This document shows, piece by piece, positions 10,678 through 23,353 of a DNA stretch of 58,250 nt. The stretch lies in assembly GCA_964550285.1 (NCBI GenBank), contig CAZJYN010000003.1:11192-69441 (forward strand). The letters are read 5' to 3'. Under the pieces are notes generated by a model. It was given only the letters and a program-made list of their open reading frames with translations. It had not been told where the DNA came from and searched no databases. Positions within the stretch are counted from its first letter, which is position 1; each line of letters starts with the position of its first letter. A program made the position numbers and the translations under genes. This DNA comes from an uncultured Rubrivirga sp. (GTDB lineage: Bacteria > Actinomycetota > Actinomycetes > S36-B12).

Positions 10678-11831
10678 CTGCTCTCCTGGGATAGGGCGGT
10701 TACTTCGGCGCTCAGCGACCCGTGCTGCACGCGGACCTGGATTTCTTCACCGGTTGCTACTTCGCTGGAATCGCGCACAACGCTTCCATCGGTGCGTTGC
10801 ACGACCGCGTAGCCGCGCTCCAAGGTGGCCAGCGGCGACAGCCCCCTGGCGCGGGCCAGCAGGTGTTCGACGTCCGCCGAGAGAGTCTCGAGGCGGGTGT
10901 GCAATGCCCGATCGATGCGTCGGCGGGCGTCATCGACCCAGGTCGTCTCGGTGTCCACTCGGCGCAACACCGCGGAGCGTCCGCGCGCGAGCAGCCCGCT
11001 GACCAGGGCGTCCTGCTCGCTGAAGGAGGGAACGATGCGCTTACCGGCGTCGGTGGGCGTGGAGGCCCGGTAGTCGGCGACATGATCGAGGATCGGGTTG
11101 TCCTGCTCGTGCCCGATGGCGCTCACTACCGGCGTGGTGGCGGCAAAAACGGCTCGCACGAGGGTCTCGTTGCTAAATGGCAGCAAATCCTCCACGCTGC
11201 CACCGCCTCGCGTGATCACGATGACATCGACATCGGACATGGTGTCGAGTTCGGCGAGTGCATCACTCACCTCGGAGACGGCGTTCACGCCCTGGACTGC
11301 CACCTCCCGGATCTCGAAATCAGCCGCAGGCCAGCGATCCCGGGCGTTCACGACGACGTCGTGCTCGGCGTCGCTGCCGCGCCCGCAGATAAGGCCGATG
11401 CGCCGGGGCAGGAACGGCAGCGGTTGCTTTCGCTCAGGAGCGAACAGGCCCTCGGCGGCGAGGGTGGTTTGCAACTGCGCTAGTCGTGCGAGCAATTCAC
11501 CGATTCCGACGGCGCGAATGGTGCGGGCACGTAGCTGCAGCGATCCGCGACCGGACCAGAACTCGGGCTTGGCCCACACGACGAGTCGTTGACCGATCTC
11601 CAGCGGTGGGTCCATCCGACCCACCAACTCGGCATCGGCGACAACGCTGAGGGAGACATTCGCCTCGAGATCGCGCAGCACGAAGAACTGCATGCGGGCG
11701 TTGGGGCGCGGCCGGAAATCCGCGACCTGACCTTCGACCCAGATGGCGCCTAGTCGGCCGATCCAGTCTCCGAGCTTCTGCGAGACCGTGCGGACCGGGA
11801 CGGGTGAGTCGGGTCCGGTGTCCAAGGCCAC
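10674..11831 (-). CDS. xseA: Exodeoxyribonuclease VII large subunit
   Basis: IWVEGQV OB fold, RGGGSVEDL, SAIGHE, LERGYAVV. Confidence 0.95.
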   Translation of the reverse strand: MALDTGPDSPVPVRTVSQKLGDWIGRLGAIWVEGQVADFRPRPNARMQFFVLRDLEANVSLSVVADAELVGRMDPPLEIGQRLVVWAKPEFWSGRGSLQLRARTIRAVGIGELLARLAQLQTTLAAEGLFAPERKQPLPFLPRRIGLICGRGSDAEHDVVVNARDRWPAADFEIREVAVQGVNAVSEVSDALAELDTMSDVDVIVITRGGGSVEDLLPFSNETLVRAVFAATTPVVSAIGHEQDNPILDHVADYRASTPTDAGKRIVPSFSEQDALVSGLLARGRSAVLRRVDTETTWVDDARRRIDRALHTRLETLSADVEHLLARARGLSPLATLERGYAVVQRTDGSVVRDSSEVATGEEIQVRVQHGSLSAEVTALSQESR

Positions 11832-11886
11832 CTCGCCAGCGTAGGTGCGCCCTTGCCGATCGGAAAGTCGTGCCTACGATGGAGGG

Positions 11887-12873
11887 GTGACCACCGAGCG
11901 ATCCACCGAACGCAAAGTCCTCCTCGCGGCCCCTCGCGGCTACTGCGCGGGGGTGGATCGAGCGGTAGTGACAGTCGAGAAGGCGCTCGACTTGTATGGA
12001 GCGCCGGTCTACGTGCGCAAGCAGATCGTGCACAACAAGCACGTCGTCGAGACCCTGGAATCGCGCGGCGCCATCTTCGTCGACGAAGTGGAGGAGGTTC
12101 CCGAGGGAGCCACCGTGGTGTTCTCCGCCCACGGGGTGGCCCCTGAGGTCCACCACCAAGCCGCCGATCGCGGGTTGAAGACCATCGATGCGACATGCCC
12201 GTTGGTCACGAAGGTGCACTCGGAAGCCAAGCGCTTCGCATCCGAGGGCTACGACATCATCCTCATCGGTCACGACGGCCACGAAGAAGTCGTGGGCACC
12301 ATGGGTGAGGCTCCCGATTCCATGACCCTGGTCGAGGATCTCGACGCTGCACGCTCCATCGAGGTCGAGGATCCCGACAAACTCGTGTGGTTGTCCCAGA
12401 CCACCTTGTCCGTGGACGAGACCCTGGAGACCGTTGACGTGCTCAAGGAACGCTTCCCGAACTTGATGAGTCCGCCGAGCGATGACATCTGCTACGCCAC
12501 GCAAAACCGCCAGGTTGCGATCAAGGAGGTGGCCGCTGGGAGCGACGTCGTGATCGTCGTCGGATCCGGCAATTCCTCCAACTCGGTTCGCCTAGTCGAG
12601 GTGGCGCTGGAATCCGGAGCGAGCAGCGCGTACCGCATCGATGCCGCATCGGAGATCGACCCGCTGTGGTTGGAGAACGCCACGACGGTAGGCGTGACCA
12701 GCGGGGCTTCGGTGCCGGAGATACTCGTGAACGAGGTGCTGGAGTACCTCGCCGAGAAGGGCTTTGGCACCGTCGAAGAGGTGCAGACCGCTGAGGAGAC
12801 CCTCGTATTCGCGCTGCCGCCGGAGTTGCGTCGGGATATGAAGGCTGCTGCCTCAGCCCAGACGTCGTCGTAG
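11887..12873 (+). CDS. ispH: 4-hydroxy-3-methylbut-2-enyl diphosphate reductase
   Basis: [39 protein letters not shown]. Confidence 0.97.
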   Translation: MTTERSTERKVLLAAPRGYCAGVDRAVVTVEKALDLYGAPVYVRKQIVHNKHVVETLESRGAIFVDEVEEVPEGATVVFSAHGVAPEVHHQAADRGLKTIDATCPLVTKVHSEAKRFASEGYDIILIGHDGHEEVVGTMGEAPDSMTLVEDLDAARSIEVEDPDKLVWLSQTTLSVDETLETVDVLKERFPNLMSPPSDDICYATQNRQVAIKEVAAGSDVVIVVGSGNSSNSVRLVEVALESGASSAYRIDAASEIDPLWLENATTVGVTSGASVPEILVNEVLEYLAEKGFGTVEEVQTAEETLVFALPPELRRDMKAAASAQTSS

Positions 12874-13938
12874 CGCGACGATCACCAACGCCGCGACCGT
12901 CGATCCGACGATCCAGATCCAACTCGCCCCGAGCAAGAAGAACAACGCCACCGCTCTGCCGGAAAGATCATTGGCGGTTACGTCGAACTGACCGGCGGTA
13001 ATCGCTGCAATGAAGAACGCAATAGGCGGGGCGAATATCGCGTTGACGGCGTCGCGGGTGCGCACCGCGAACGCCGCGAAGACCGAGACGACCAACAATC
13101 CGATGCCGGTAATGGCACCCGGCTCACCGCCGAAGAAAAGCGTCTCGCCGAACGCCAGGATGACTGTGACCCCGATCGTTACGGCGTAGACGCCAAGGCC
13201 GGTCAAGGTGCCGCCCCCTGCGGAAGTCCGCTCGCCGCGCTCATTTCGTCCACCGCGCTCGTTGCCTTCCTCGTCGCGGCCCGCTCGATCTCGACGCGGC
13301 GGGCGGCTAGACGTTGGAGGTGTCGACTCGGGGCGGGCAGGTGCATACGCCGCACGATTGGCCATCACCTCCAAGGCCGGGGCGGGTTCGCCACTGGCCG
13401 CTACCGGTAAGGGTGCAGGTGCCGGCGCCGAGTATGGGAAGTCGTCGGCTGGCTGGCCTTGCTCGGCCGGCTCGGGTGGCGCCGCTGCTTCATCCGAGCG
13501 CGCCATGGTGCGAAGTCGCCGGGCCTGCATCGAGCCGACCGCGGTTATGGCCTCGGGCGTTTCCGTCGCCCCGCGGCTGCGGAACAACCGGCCCACGGCC
13601 GGATCGGCTGGTGGCTCGACGGGTGCGATTTCTTCTATGTCCTCGCTGTCCTCGATGACCTCGACGGACACGTCTTCCTCGACGGACTCGTCTTCCTCGA
13701 CAGGGGCGACGAGTTCGTCGGCCGCTGCCGGTGGAGCCGGGGGCGGCAGGGGCGGGTCCACGACACCGTCCGTGGGAATGGGAATGGGAACCAAAGGCTC
13801 CCAGCCCTCGTCGATAGCGGCCGGTGGTGGCTGGGGTGGCTGCGGTGGCTCCGGTGCGCGGGCCTCGTCGCGGAACAGGTGGGCGAACTCGTCCTCGAGG
13901 GCGTCGTACTCGCCCTCACGGGGATCTCGTTCACTCAC
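12853..13938 (-). CDS. Membrane protein: long Pro/acidic low-complexity N-terminus, C-terminal 4-TM DUF6542-like domain
   Basis: PP repeats and E/D-rich tract; C-terminal hydrophobic helices with APPIAF; usual position between ispH and ychF. Confidence 0.7.
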   Translation of the reverse strand: MSERDPREGEYDALEDEFAHLFRDEARAPEPPQPPQPPPAAIDEGWEPLVPIPIPTDGVVDPPLPPPAPPAAADELVAPVEEDESVEEDVSVEVIEDSEDIEEIAPVEPPADPAVGRLFRSRGATETPEAITAVGSMQARRLRTMARSDEAAAPPEPAEQGQPADDFPYSAPAPAPLPVAASGEPAPALEVMANRAAYAPARPESTPPTSSRPPRRDRAGRDEEGNERGGRNERGERTSAGGGTLTGLGVYAVTIGVTVILAFGETLFFGGEPGAITGIGLLVVSVFAAFAVRTRDAVNAIFAPPIAFFIAAITAGQFDVTANDLSGRAVALFFLLGASWIWIVGSTVAALVIVALRRRLG

Positions 13939-14057
13939 GGGAGGCCACGCTACCGCCGCCGGATGCTTTCCCATCGCCGAAAGGGTCGTGCTGCGCCCAG
14001 AAAGCGGGCCTGCCCACGGGTCGAGGACGCAGCGTCGTCCTCCTAGGATCGCGCCTT

Positions 14058-15131
14058 GTGGCTCTCACAATCGGCATCGTCGGCCTACCCAACGTCGGCA
14101 AGTCCACGCTGTTCAACGCGCTGACCAAGAACGAAGTACTCGCCGCCAACTATCCCTTCGCGACGATCGAGCCGAACACCGGCGTAGTGGGGGTGCCCGA
14201 CGATCGACTTGGCACCCTCGCCGAGATCTTCGCTTCCGCGGAGGTGATCCCCGCCACGGTCACCTTCGTTGATATCGCCGGCATCGTGAAGGGTGCTTCC
14301 GAGGGCGCTGGCCTGGGCAACAAGTTCCTCGCCAATATCCGAGAGTCCAACGCGATGTGTCAGGTGTTGCGGGCGTTCCACGACGACGACGTCGTCCACG
14401 TGGAGGGGCGCATCTCCCCAGCGGAGGACATGGAGACCATCAACACCGAGTTGATCCTGGCCGATCTGCAAACACTCGAGAACGCCATTCCGCGATTGAC
14501 GAAGGAGGCGCGCAACGACAAGTCGAAGGCACCGATGCTCGCGGCGGCCGAACAGGCCGCGGAGATCTTGAACTCCGGCAAGACGCTCTTCGCCGCCGGC
14601 TTCGATGTCGAGCCCGTTCGCGAACTCTTCTTGTTGACAGCCAAGCCGTTCTTGTACGTCATCAATTGCGACGAAGGGCAACTCGCGGACGAGGACTTCA
14701 AGGCACGGATGCGGGATTTGGTGGCTCCCGCCGAGGCCGTCTTCCTCGATGCGAAGGTCGAAGCCGAGCTCGTCGAACTCCCGCCCGATGAAGCGTTGGA
14801 GTTGCTGCAGTCGGTCGGACAGCAAGAGTCCGGACTCGATGCGCTCGCACGCGTCGGCTTCCAGACGTTGGGCCTGCAGACCTACTTGACCGCCGGCCCC
14901 AAGGAAGCGCGCGCGTGGACGATTCCCAAGGGGGCCACCGCCCCGGAGGCGGCCGGGGTGATCCATACCGATTTCCAAAAGGGCTTCATCAAGGCCGAGA
15001 TCGTGTCCTTCGATGAACTCATCGACGCCGGCTCCATGGCCGAGGCCAAGTCACGCGGCAAAGTCCGCATGGAGGGCAAGGATTACGTGATGTCCGATGG
15101 GGATGTCGTGGAGTTCCGCTTCAACGTCTGA
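14058..15131 (+). CDS. ychF: Redox-regulated ATPase YchF
   Basis: GIVGLPNVGKSTLFNALT, NYPFATIEPN, DIAGIVKGAS, GLGNKFL, VVEFRFNV. Confidence 0.97.
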   Translation: MALTIGIVGLPNVGKSTLFNALTKNEVLAANYPFATIEPNTGVVGVPDDRLGTLAEIFASAEVIPATVTFVDIAGIVKGASEGAGLGNKFLANIRESNAMCQVLRAFHDDDVVHVEGRISPAEDMETINTELILADLQTLENAIPRLTKEARNDKSKAPMLAAAEQAAEILNSGKTLFAAGFDVEPVRELFLLTAKPFLYVINCDEGQLADEDFKARMRDLVAPAEAVFLDAKVEAELVELPPDEALELLQSVGQQESGLDALARVGFQTLGLQTYLTAGPKEARAWTIPKGATAPEAAGVIHTDFQKGFIKAEIVSFDELIDAGSMAEAKSRGKVRMEGKDYVMSDGDVVEFRFNV

Positions 15132-15168
15132 CCTCGCTCCCGCGGCACCGTATGGGTGCCAGACTTAC

Positions 15169-15561
15169 GTGGTGCACCTGCAAGAACTCGTCGGTGAGTT
15201 GTGGATCTCGCGCCTACCTGCAGATAGCTCAACGGTCGAAGGCATTGACCTAGTTGCGCTACCTGCGTCGCATCAGGCCGAGTTCTTCTCGGTCACGAGA
15301 ACGACCGACGAAGTGAGCATCGTCGCCTCCGAGCCGATCCCAGGAGGTCGGGTGGAAGGTCCCTGGCGAGGGTTTCGCGTGGTCGGGACGTTGGACTTCG
15401 CGCTGACCGGAATCCTGCATTCGCTGGCCGAGCCGTTAGCAGCCGCCGAAATAAGCGTGTTCGCCATCTCGACTTTCGACACCGACTACCTGTTGGTCCG
15501 CGCCGATCGAGTTGTGGACGCCCGGTCCGCCTGGGAACAAGCAGGATTCACACTCACGTAA
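15169..15561 (+). CDS. ACT domain protein (CASTOR/ACT_7-like)
   Basis: SVTRTTDEVSIV, LDFALTGIL, ISVFAISTFDTDYLLV; start uncertain. Confidence 0.8.
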   Translation: MVHLQELVGELWISRLPADSSTVEGIDLVALPASHQAEFFSVTRTTDEVSIVASEPIPGGRVEGPWRGFRVVGTLDFALTGILHSLAEPLAAAEISVFAISTFDTDYLLVRADRVVDARSAWEQAGFTLT

Positions 15562-15579
15562 GGCCACGGCTGACCGTGA

Positions 15580-15987
15580 CTAACGCGCAGCGGCGCTTGT
15601 CTTCGCCCGCCAGGTGCTCCATGCGGAAGTCGCCCACAGCGCCCAGAGCACCAACACCGGTTGGAACAGCAAGCGCACGAATCGCGCTGTGTCGGTGTCT
15701 AGCCCGAAGGCATCCGTACCGGTGACGAATTGCGAGATGTTGCCCGGGAATATGACGACGAAGAAACCCGCGACGATCCAGCCGACGGCGGCGCGGTAGC
15801 GCCGCGGGGCGAAGACGAGCGCGGCACCCAAGATCAGCTCGATGACACCGGAGACGGCAACCACAGCCTCGGGTGCTGGCATCCACAACGGCACCTGGGC
15901 GAGGAATGCCTCCGCGTTGACGAAGTGACCGATACCGGCGAAGACGAGGGCGGCCCCGAGAGCTAGTCGACCGAAGGTTCGCAACAC
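15580..15987 (-). CDS. DoxX-like membrane protein
   Basis: FVFAGIGHF, SGVIELILG, IFPGNI, RLLFQPVLVLWA. Confidence 0.78.
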   Translation of the reverse strand: MLRTFGRLALGAALVFAGIGHFVNAEAFLAQVPLWMPAPEAVVAVSGVIELILGAALVFAPRRYRAAVGWIVAGFFVVIFPGNISQFVTGTDAFGLDTDTARFVRLLFQPVLVLWALWATSAWSTWRAKTSAAAR

Positions 15988-16027
15988 GGCGTGAGCATGT
16001 CATGCGCGGTGCGTCTACTGTTCGCAG

Positions 16028-17887
<1,860 letters not shown>

Positions 17888-17890
17888 TGG

Positions 17891-19990
17891 TTAGCCGAGG
17901 TGATTTCGGAAGAACTCGACCTCGGTCATCAGCAGGTTCTCGGCGATGACTTCCTGCGGTGTCATGTGCGTGACTCCGCTCAGTGGCAGCACGTTGTGCG
18001 GCTTGCCGGCGGCTAGGAGCGCACTAGATAGCTGCAAAGTGTGCGCGGCGAGGACGTTGTCGTCGGCGAGACCGTGGATCAGCAGCAGGGGGCGCGTCAA
18101 GGCATTGGCGCGTCGCAACAGCGAAGTGTGCTCGTAGGGGGTGTCGTCGTTCGTGGGATTACCTAGGTAGCGCTCGGTGTAGGCGGTGTCGTAGAGCCGC
18201 CAGTCCGTGACGGGTGCACCAGCTACCGCTGCATGGAACACATCGGGTCGATCCAAGACGGCCAGCGCGGCCAGGTATCCACCGAAGGACCACCCGCGAA
18301 TGCCCACCCGAGTGGTATCCAACGCCGGCTCGATCTCAGCGAGCGCAGCCAATGCATCGACCTGGTCCTCGAGTACCGGATCGGCGAGATCGGCGAAGAC
18401 CGCGAACTCCCAATCCGGTCCACGGCCCGGGGTGCCGCGACCGTCGATGACGACGACCGCGAAGCCTTGGTCCGCGAGCCACTGCTCGGTCAGGTACGCC
18501 TGCGCCGCGCGTACGACACGCTGCGCATGCGGGCCGCCGTACGGGCTACAGATCACCGGCCAGCGCTGGCCAGCTTCGTGCTGCCTGGGCAGGATGACGG
18601 CACTACGCAGGTCGCGCGTACCAACGGTGTGCAAGGTCGGGCGGGGACGGATCGAGGGTGTCTCGGCACGCGAGGCGACGGGCGTGTGCTTGCCGTCCAC
18701 CACGATCGACGCCTGGGACCCCACGCGGTCCAGCGATGCGCTGACCTGCACCATCGCGGCAGCACCGACTGCCGCTGCGCACCACCGGGAATCTTCGGTA
18801 AGTAGGCGGGTTACTCCTGAGCTATCGATATGTGCGATGACCCTCGATGTTGGATCGTGGGCAGCTGCGAAGGTGATGCCGGTTTCCGCGACATCCAGCA
18901 CGGTCTCGACGTTCATCTCGACTGGCGAAATCGGTTCACCGTCGCGAGTGATTCGGAATGCACCGTCGAGAGCCTGGACTTCGATCAACGCACCGTCGGG
19001 AGCGAATGTCGGCGCACCTCCTACCACCGTGATCCATGGGTCTTGTTGCCGCATGGCGACGTCGTGCAGTTCGGTGCCGCGCAACTGCATGATCAGTTGC
19101 CGGCGTTGATCGCGACTCAACACGGAGACCGAGACCATTCCGTGTCGCGGAACATCGACGGTCGCTAGGTAGCAGAACCGGTCTCGATCCCACGCAAGTT
19201 CCTCGATGGATCCGTCCAGTGTGATGCGATGCAAAGACACAGCTGCGTTGTTCGTGCCGGCCGCCGGGTAGCGATGCGGCGTGGGCTCGCGCGCGGGTTG
19301 CGCCGGATCGGCGATCCATCGCACCGCGACATCGCGCTCGTCCACTCGCTCGACGATCAAGCCGGAGGAATCCGGTAGCCACCACATGCCCCGATGCCGC
19401 TCGAGTTCCTCGGCCGCGATGAAGTCGGCCAACCCCCACGTCACCGTCTCCGGTTCCTCGGGCGTCAGGCATCGTGTCGAGCGAGCCGCGACGTCCGTCA
19501 CGAAGACTCGGGAGTCGGCCACGAAAGCCACCTGGGTCCCATCGGGGCTGATGCGTGGATCCACGGCGGCGACGCCTTCGCTAACCGGCACGACCGAACC
19601 GTCGTCCAGGTTCGCCCGGTAGGCGGTGCCGTCTACGGCGAAGGCGGCGTAAGTGCCCGAGTCGTCCAGCGAGTAGGCGGTGATGCCCTCGGTGACCTCC
19701 CGAAGGCGCTCGCGTCGAGCCAACTCCGCGGCGGGAATCTCGCCTTCCGCGGTGATCTGCTGCGCTCGCACTGCGAGTCTTTCGGTGAAGGCACCCGTGT
19801 CCTTGGATGTGTTTTCCGAAACCCACAGATCCCCAGCAGCGGTGCGACCGTCCGCGCTGCGGATGAACACCACCCGGGTGCGTTCGTTGCTGTCGGTGCG
19901 AATGCCGAACGAACGTGGCGCACCGAGTCGGAAACCCCGCGTGCGAGCGCGCTGACGCGGGAAGCTCTCGGGTTCGCCGTGGTGGGTCAC
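17891..19990 (-). CDS. S9 family peptidase (dipeptidyl peptidase IV-like)
   Basis: GWSFGG nucleophile, DDNV, GVTHMT catalytic triad; N-terminal propeller with FIAAEE and YPAAGT. Confidence 0.92.
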   Translation of the reverse strand: MTHHGEPESFPRQRARTRGFRLGAPRSFGIRTDSNERTRVVFIRSADGRTAAGDLWVSENTSKDTGAFTERLAVRAQQITAEGEIPAAELARRERLREVTEGITAYSLDDSGTYAAFAVDGTAYRANLDDGSVVPVSEGVAAVDPRISPDGTQVAFVADSRVFVTDVAARSTRCLTPEEPETVTWGLADFIAAEELERHRGMWWLPDSSGLIVERVDERDVAVRWIADPAQPAREPTPHRYPAAGTNNAAVSLHRITLDGSIEELAWDRDRFCYLATVDVPRHGMVSVSVLSRDQRRQLIMQLRGTELHDVAMRQQDPWITVVGGAPTFAPDGALIEVQALDGAFRITRDGEPISPVEMNVETVLDVAETGITFAAAHDPTSRVIAHIDSSGVTRLLTEDSRWCAAAVGAAAMVQVSASLDRVGSQASIVVDGKHTPVASRAETPSIRPRPTLHTVGTRDLRSAVILPRQHEAGQRWPVICSPYGGPHAQRVVRAAQAYLTEQWLADQGFAVVVIDGRGTPGRGPDWEFAVFADLADPVLEDQVDALAALAEIEPALDTTRVGIRGWSFGGYLAALAVLDRPDVFHAAVAGAPVTDWRLYDTAYTERYLGNPTNDDTPYEHTSLLRRANALTRPLLLIHGLADDNVLAAHTLQLSSALLAAGKPHNVLPLSGVTHMTPQEVIAENLLMTEVEFFRNHLG

Positions 19991-20025
19991 GGGGCTATCG
20001 TGCCCGACGGGAGTAGCCTCGACGC

Positions 20026-20910
20026 ATGACCTCCGATCGTCGTCTTCTCTTGGTGCATGCGCACCCGGACGACGAAACCATCGGGACCGGAGTGACCATG
20101 GCCAAGTACGCCGCGGAGGGCGCCCAGGTAACGCTCGTGACGTGCACACTCGGCGAGGAAGGCGAGGTGCTGGTTCCCGAACTCGCGCACCTCGCCGCCG
20201 ACCAGCAAGACGGCCTCGGTCAGCACCGCATCGGGGAACTCGCCGAGGCGATGAGCATCCTCGGGGTCGAGGACCACCGATTCCTCGGTGGCCCGGGCCG
20301 GTTCCGTGACTCCGGGATGATGGGCGTGGACAGCAACCAGCGCCCCGACTGCCTGTGGCGAGCCGATCTCCTCGAGGCGGCAAGCGAACTCGTCGCCGTC
20401 ATCCGCCAGACGCGTCCGCAGGTGGCCGTCACCTACGACGACTTCGGCGGCTACGGCCATCCCGATCACATCCAGGCGCACCGCATCACCCACTACGCCG
20501 TCTCGTTGGCCGAGTCCGCATCCTTCCGACCCGAACTCGGTCCCGCATGGTCCGTGCAGAAGGTGTACTGGACGGCCTTCCCCCGCAGCGTCATCCGCGA
20601 AGGGATCCAGGCGCTGCAAGCTGCCGGATCGGATTCGGAATTCGCGGCCATGGATCCCGACGACCTCCCGTTCGCGTGCGAGGACTCGCTGATCACCACG
20701 CAGATCGACGGGGCGCCATTCACCGAAGCGAAAATGGCCGCGTTGGCCGCCCACCGCACGCAGGTAACCGTGGACGGTGGCTTCTTCGCGCTGTCGAACA
20801 ACCTCGGCAGCCAGGTCTGGGGAACCGAGCACTACCGACTGGCCCGCGGCACTGCTCGCCCCGAGGTCGAAAGCGGCAAGGAAAGCGATCTGTTCGCTGG
20901 GATCTGCTAG
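20026..20910 (+). CDS. mshB: GlcNAc-Ins deacetylase (mycothiol biosynthesis)
   Basis: [35 protein letters not shown]. Confidence 0.93.
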   Translation: MTSDRRLLLVHAHPDDETIGTGVTMAKYAAEGAQVTLVTCTLGEEGEVLVPELAHLAADQQDGLGQHRIGELAEAMSILGVEDHRFLGGPGRFRDSGMMGVDSNQRPDCLWRADLLEAASELVAVIRQTRPQVAVTYDDFGGYGHPDHIQAHRITHYAVSLAESASFRPELGPAWSVQKVYWTAFPRSVIREGIQALQAAGSDSEFAAMDPDDLPFACEDSLITTQIDGAPFTEAKMAALAAHRTQVTVDGGFFALSNNLGSQVWGTEHYRLARGTARPEVESGKESDLFAGIC

Positions 20911-21323
20911 TGACCCGCGCCCGTCGGGTGGGTGCGTTGCTGCTCGCCCTGGCCATCGGTGTGATCGTCGGACTCAGCGGCGCCTTCGTGCAAGCGCACC
21001 GATTCGTCTGGCAAGCCGATGGGCGCTATCTGACGGTCCCGTGGGGCGCGGTGGTCGTCGTCGTCGTCCTTTTGCTGTTGATCCGCACCGCCGGGAATCT
21101 GACCGGTCGGCGATCGGCGGCTTGGTTGCTCCTGGCCGGTTGGCTGGCGAGCACGTTGTTCCTGGCTACCGAGTCGTCCTCGGGGGACCTAGCCGTGAGC
21201 AGCGGCGTGCGGCAGTGGGGATACCTGTTCGTGGGGGTGGTGTTCGGATCGGCGCTGGCGACGTTCCCGCCGCGCAAAGTGTCGACCCAGCGCCGAAACC
21301 AGGCAGCGCCTACGAGCGTCTAA
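20910..21323 (+). CDS. DUF6113-like membrane protein
   Basis: 4 TM helices; TAGTG overlap with mshB, its usual neighbour. Confidence 0.7.
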   Translation: MTRARRVGALLLALAIGVIVGLSGAFVQAHRFVWQADGRYLTVPWGAVVVVVVLLLLIRTAGNLTGRRSAAWLLLAGWLASTLFLATESSSGDLAVSSGVRQWGYLFVGVVFGSALATFPPRKVSTQRRNQAAPTSV

Positions 21324-21442
21324 ATCGTTATGCAACCCGTGCGGATCGGTGATTTCCACTTCCCGCGTCGGGGTGCTTACCATGGGGTGAAGAGCCTGGA
21401 CAGCGGGTCCACTCGTGATGACAGATGGGGGTAGGCGGGTCA

Positions 21443-23353
21443 GTGACGGAAAGCCACCGACGCCCGTGGCGCCCTACTCGCCCCCAGATCATCGCCGGGT
21501 CCATCGCGGGGGGCGTCCTGGCGCTGCTGGGCCTGTTGTTCTTAGTTACCGCCCTCGCTGGGCCGATCGTGCCTCCGGGAACCACCGTCGCCGGGGTGGC
21601 TATCGGTGGTATGGACCAGCGGACCGCGGTCGAGACTTTGCGAGAGCAGTTGGCTCGTCCGGCGGCCGAACCGCTGGAATTCGATAATGCCGGCGAAGTG
21701 CTCGTCGTCAAGCCCCGGCAGGCCGGTGTGTGGGTCAATGCCGTGGATACCGTCGAACCGCTGGTGCGGCGTTCGTGGAATCCGCTCGAGCGATTGTTCG
21801 GGATCGGCGGCGGTGAAGAGGTCGAACCGGTAATCGTTGTCGAGGAAGACAAGCTCGATCGACAGATGGGGGCCTTCGAGCGACTGGTGACGACCCTCCC
21901 GCAGGATCCGGCGTTGAGCGTGCGAGGCACGAGGGTCGAGTTCACCCCCGGTCGTCAGGGGCGCACTATCGATGAGGCGGCTGCGCGTGCGCAGATCGTC
22001 GATTCGGTTATCGAGCCACGCGAGGTTCGCGAGTTGCCGGTGGTCGTCGAGGAACCGATCGTCACCGTCGCCAACGCCACAGCGGCCAACGAGTTCGCGC
22101 AAGCCGCAGTATCCGGTCCGGTTACCGTGGTGGTCGGCGATGTGGTCGCCGAGATTCCCGCTGTCGTTATCGGCCGATCGTTGTCCTTCACCATGCAAGA
22201 TGGGGACTACGTGCCTCGCTTGTCCGGTGAGGGTCTGTATGAGTCCATCGCGGAGGAACTCGAAGTAGCCAAGGAGCCGCGGGATGCCCGGTTCAAGGTC
22301 CGCAAGAACGGCAAGTTGCGCATCGTCCCCAGCCGAGCGGCGACCGGAGTCGAGAGCGAGGAGCTAGCTGATCGGGTGCTCACCGTCCTTGGTCGCGACG
22401 GCTCCGAAGGCCAAGAGCGCGAAGTGATCGTGCCCGAAGGCCAGCGCCAACCGGCCTTCACCACGGCAGACGCCGAAGCCCTAGACATCAAGGACAAGCT
22501 CAGTTCGTTCACCCAGCAGTTCAACTACGCGCCGTACCGGGTCACCAATATCGGTCAGGCCGCCGAATATGTGAACGGGACCGTTCTGATGCCCGGCGAT
22601 ACCTTCTCGATGAACGACACCATCAACGAACGCACCGTCGAGAACGGGTACACCGAGGGGACGATCATCGGTCCCGGCGGGGTATTCGAGGAGGCACTCG
22701 GTGGTGGCGTCTCCGCGGCTACCACCGCGGTGTGGACGGCCGCGTTCTTCGCGGGAATGGAGCGGGTGGATACCCGTGCGCACTCGGTCTACATCTCGCG
22801 CTACCAGCCTGGCTTGGAAGCCACCGTCGCGTGGGGGATCTTCGATATGAAGTTCCGTAACGACAGCCCCTATCCGGTCGTCATCACCACTGAGATGACC
22901 AACTCCTCGATGACGGTCGAGTTCTGGGGGACGAAGGTCTACGACGAGATCGAGGCCGAGTTCGGGCCGCGGACGAACAAGCGCAAGCCGGACACCATCT
23001 GGCGTAAGAAGCGGGACGGGTGCTCGCCGCAGACGGGAATCCCCGGCTTCTCGATCAACGTCGATCGGGTCTTCTACCAAGACGACGACGAGGTCAAGCG
23101 CGAGACCATCCGCACCTTCTACCGGGCGGCACCGGAGGTCAAGTGCGGCAAGAAGCCGAAGAAGGACAAGGACAAGGACGAGGAAGCGGGCGAGAACGCC
23201 GGAGCGGGCGATGCACAGTCGGGTGATCCTGGAGCACCGGCCGGTGACCAATCGGGAGCCGGTCAATCCGGAGCCGGCCAGCAGGACCAGACGCCGGCCG
23301 CGCAGCCCGATTCGCTCGAGACGATTCCCGCCGAAGAGGTTGCCGTCGGCTAG
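21443..23353 (+). CDS. VanW family protein with N-terminal TM anchor and putative peptidoglycan-binding repeats
   Basis: NIGQAAEYVNGTVLMPGDTFSMN, GGGVS, RAHSVYISRY..GLEATV, DMKFRNDS. Confidence 0.88.
   Translation: MTESHRRPWRPTRPQIIAGSIAGGVLALLGLLFLVTALAGPIVPPGTTVAGVAIGGMDQRTAVETLREQLARPAAEPLEFDNAGEVLVVKPRQAGVWVNAVDTVEPLVRRSWNPLERLFGIGGGEEVEPVIVVEEDKLDRQMGAFERLVTTLPQDPALSVRGTRVEFTPGRQGRTIDEAAARAQIVDSVIEPREVRELPVVVEEPIVTVANATAANEFAQAAVSGPVTVVVGDVVAEIPAVVIGRSLSFTMQDGDYVPRLSGEGLYESIAEELEVAKEPRDARFKVRKNGKLRIVPSRAATGVESEELADRVLTVLGRDGSEGQEREVIVPEGQRQPAFTTADAEALDIKDKLSSFTQQFNYAPYRVTNIGQAAEYVNGTVLMPGDTFSMNDTINERTVENGYTEGTIIGPGGVFEEALGGGVSAATTAVWTAAFFAGMERVDTRAHSVYISRYQPGLEATVAWGIFDMKFRNDSPYPVVITTEMTNSSMTVEFWGTKVYDEIEAEFGPRTNKRKPDTIWRKKRDGCSPQTGIPGFSINVDRVFYQDDDEVKRETIRTFYRAAPEVKCGKKPKKDKDKDEEAGENAGAGDAQSGDPGAPAGDQSGAGQSGAGQQDQTPAAQPDSLETIPAEEVAVG

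Noticed and set aside
13208-14272. Long alternative-frame and antisense ORFs (e.g. 13208-14272, 9304-10257, 34324-35448, 44803-45792, 55567-56589)
   Set aside because: Shadow ORFs of well-supported genes, expected from stop-codon scarcity in high-GC DNA.
23210-23300. QSGAG repeat in the VanW C-terminal tail
   Set aside because: Only two copies, in an ordinary disordered tail.
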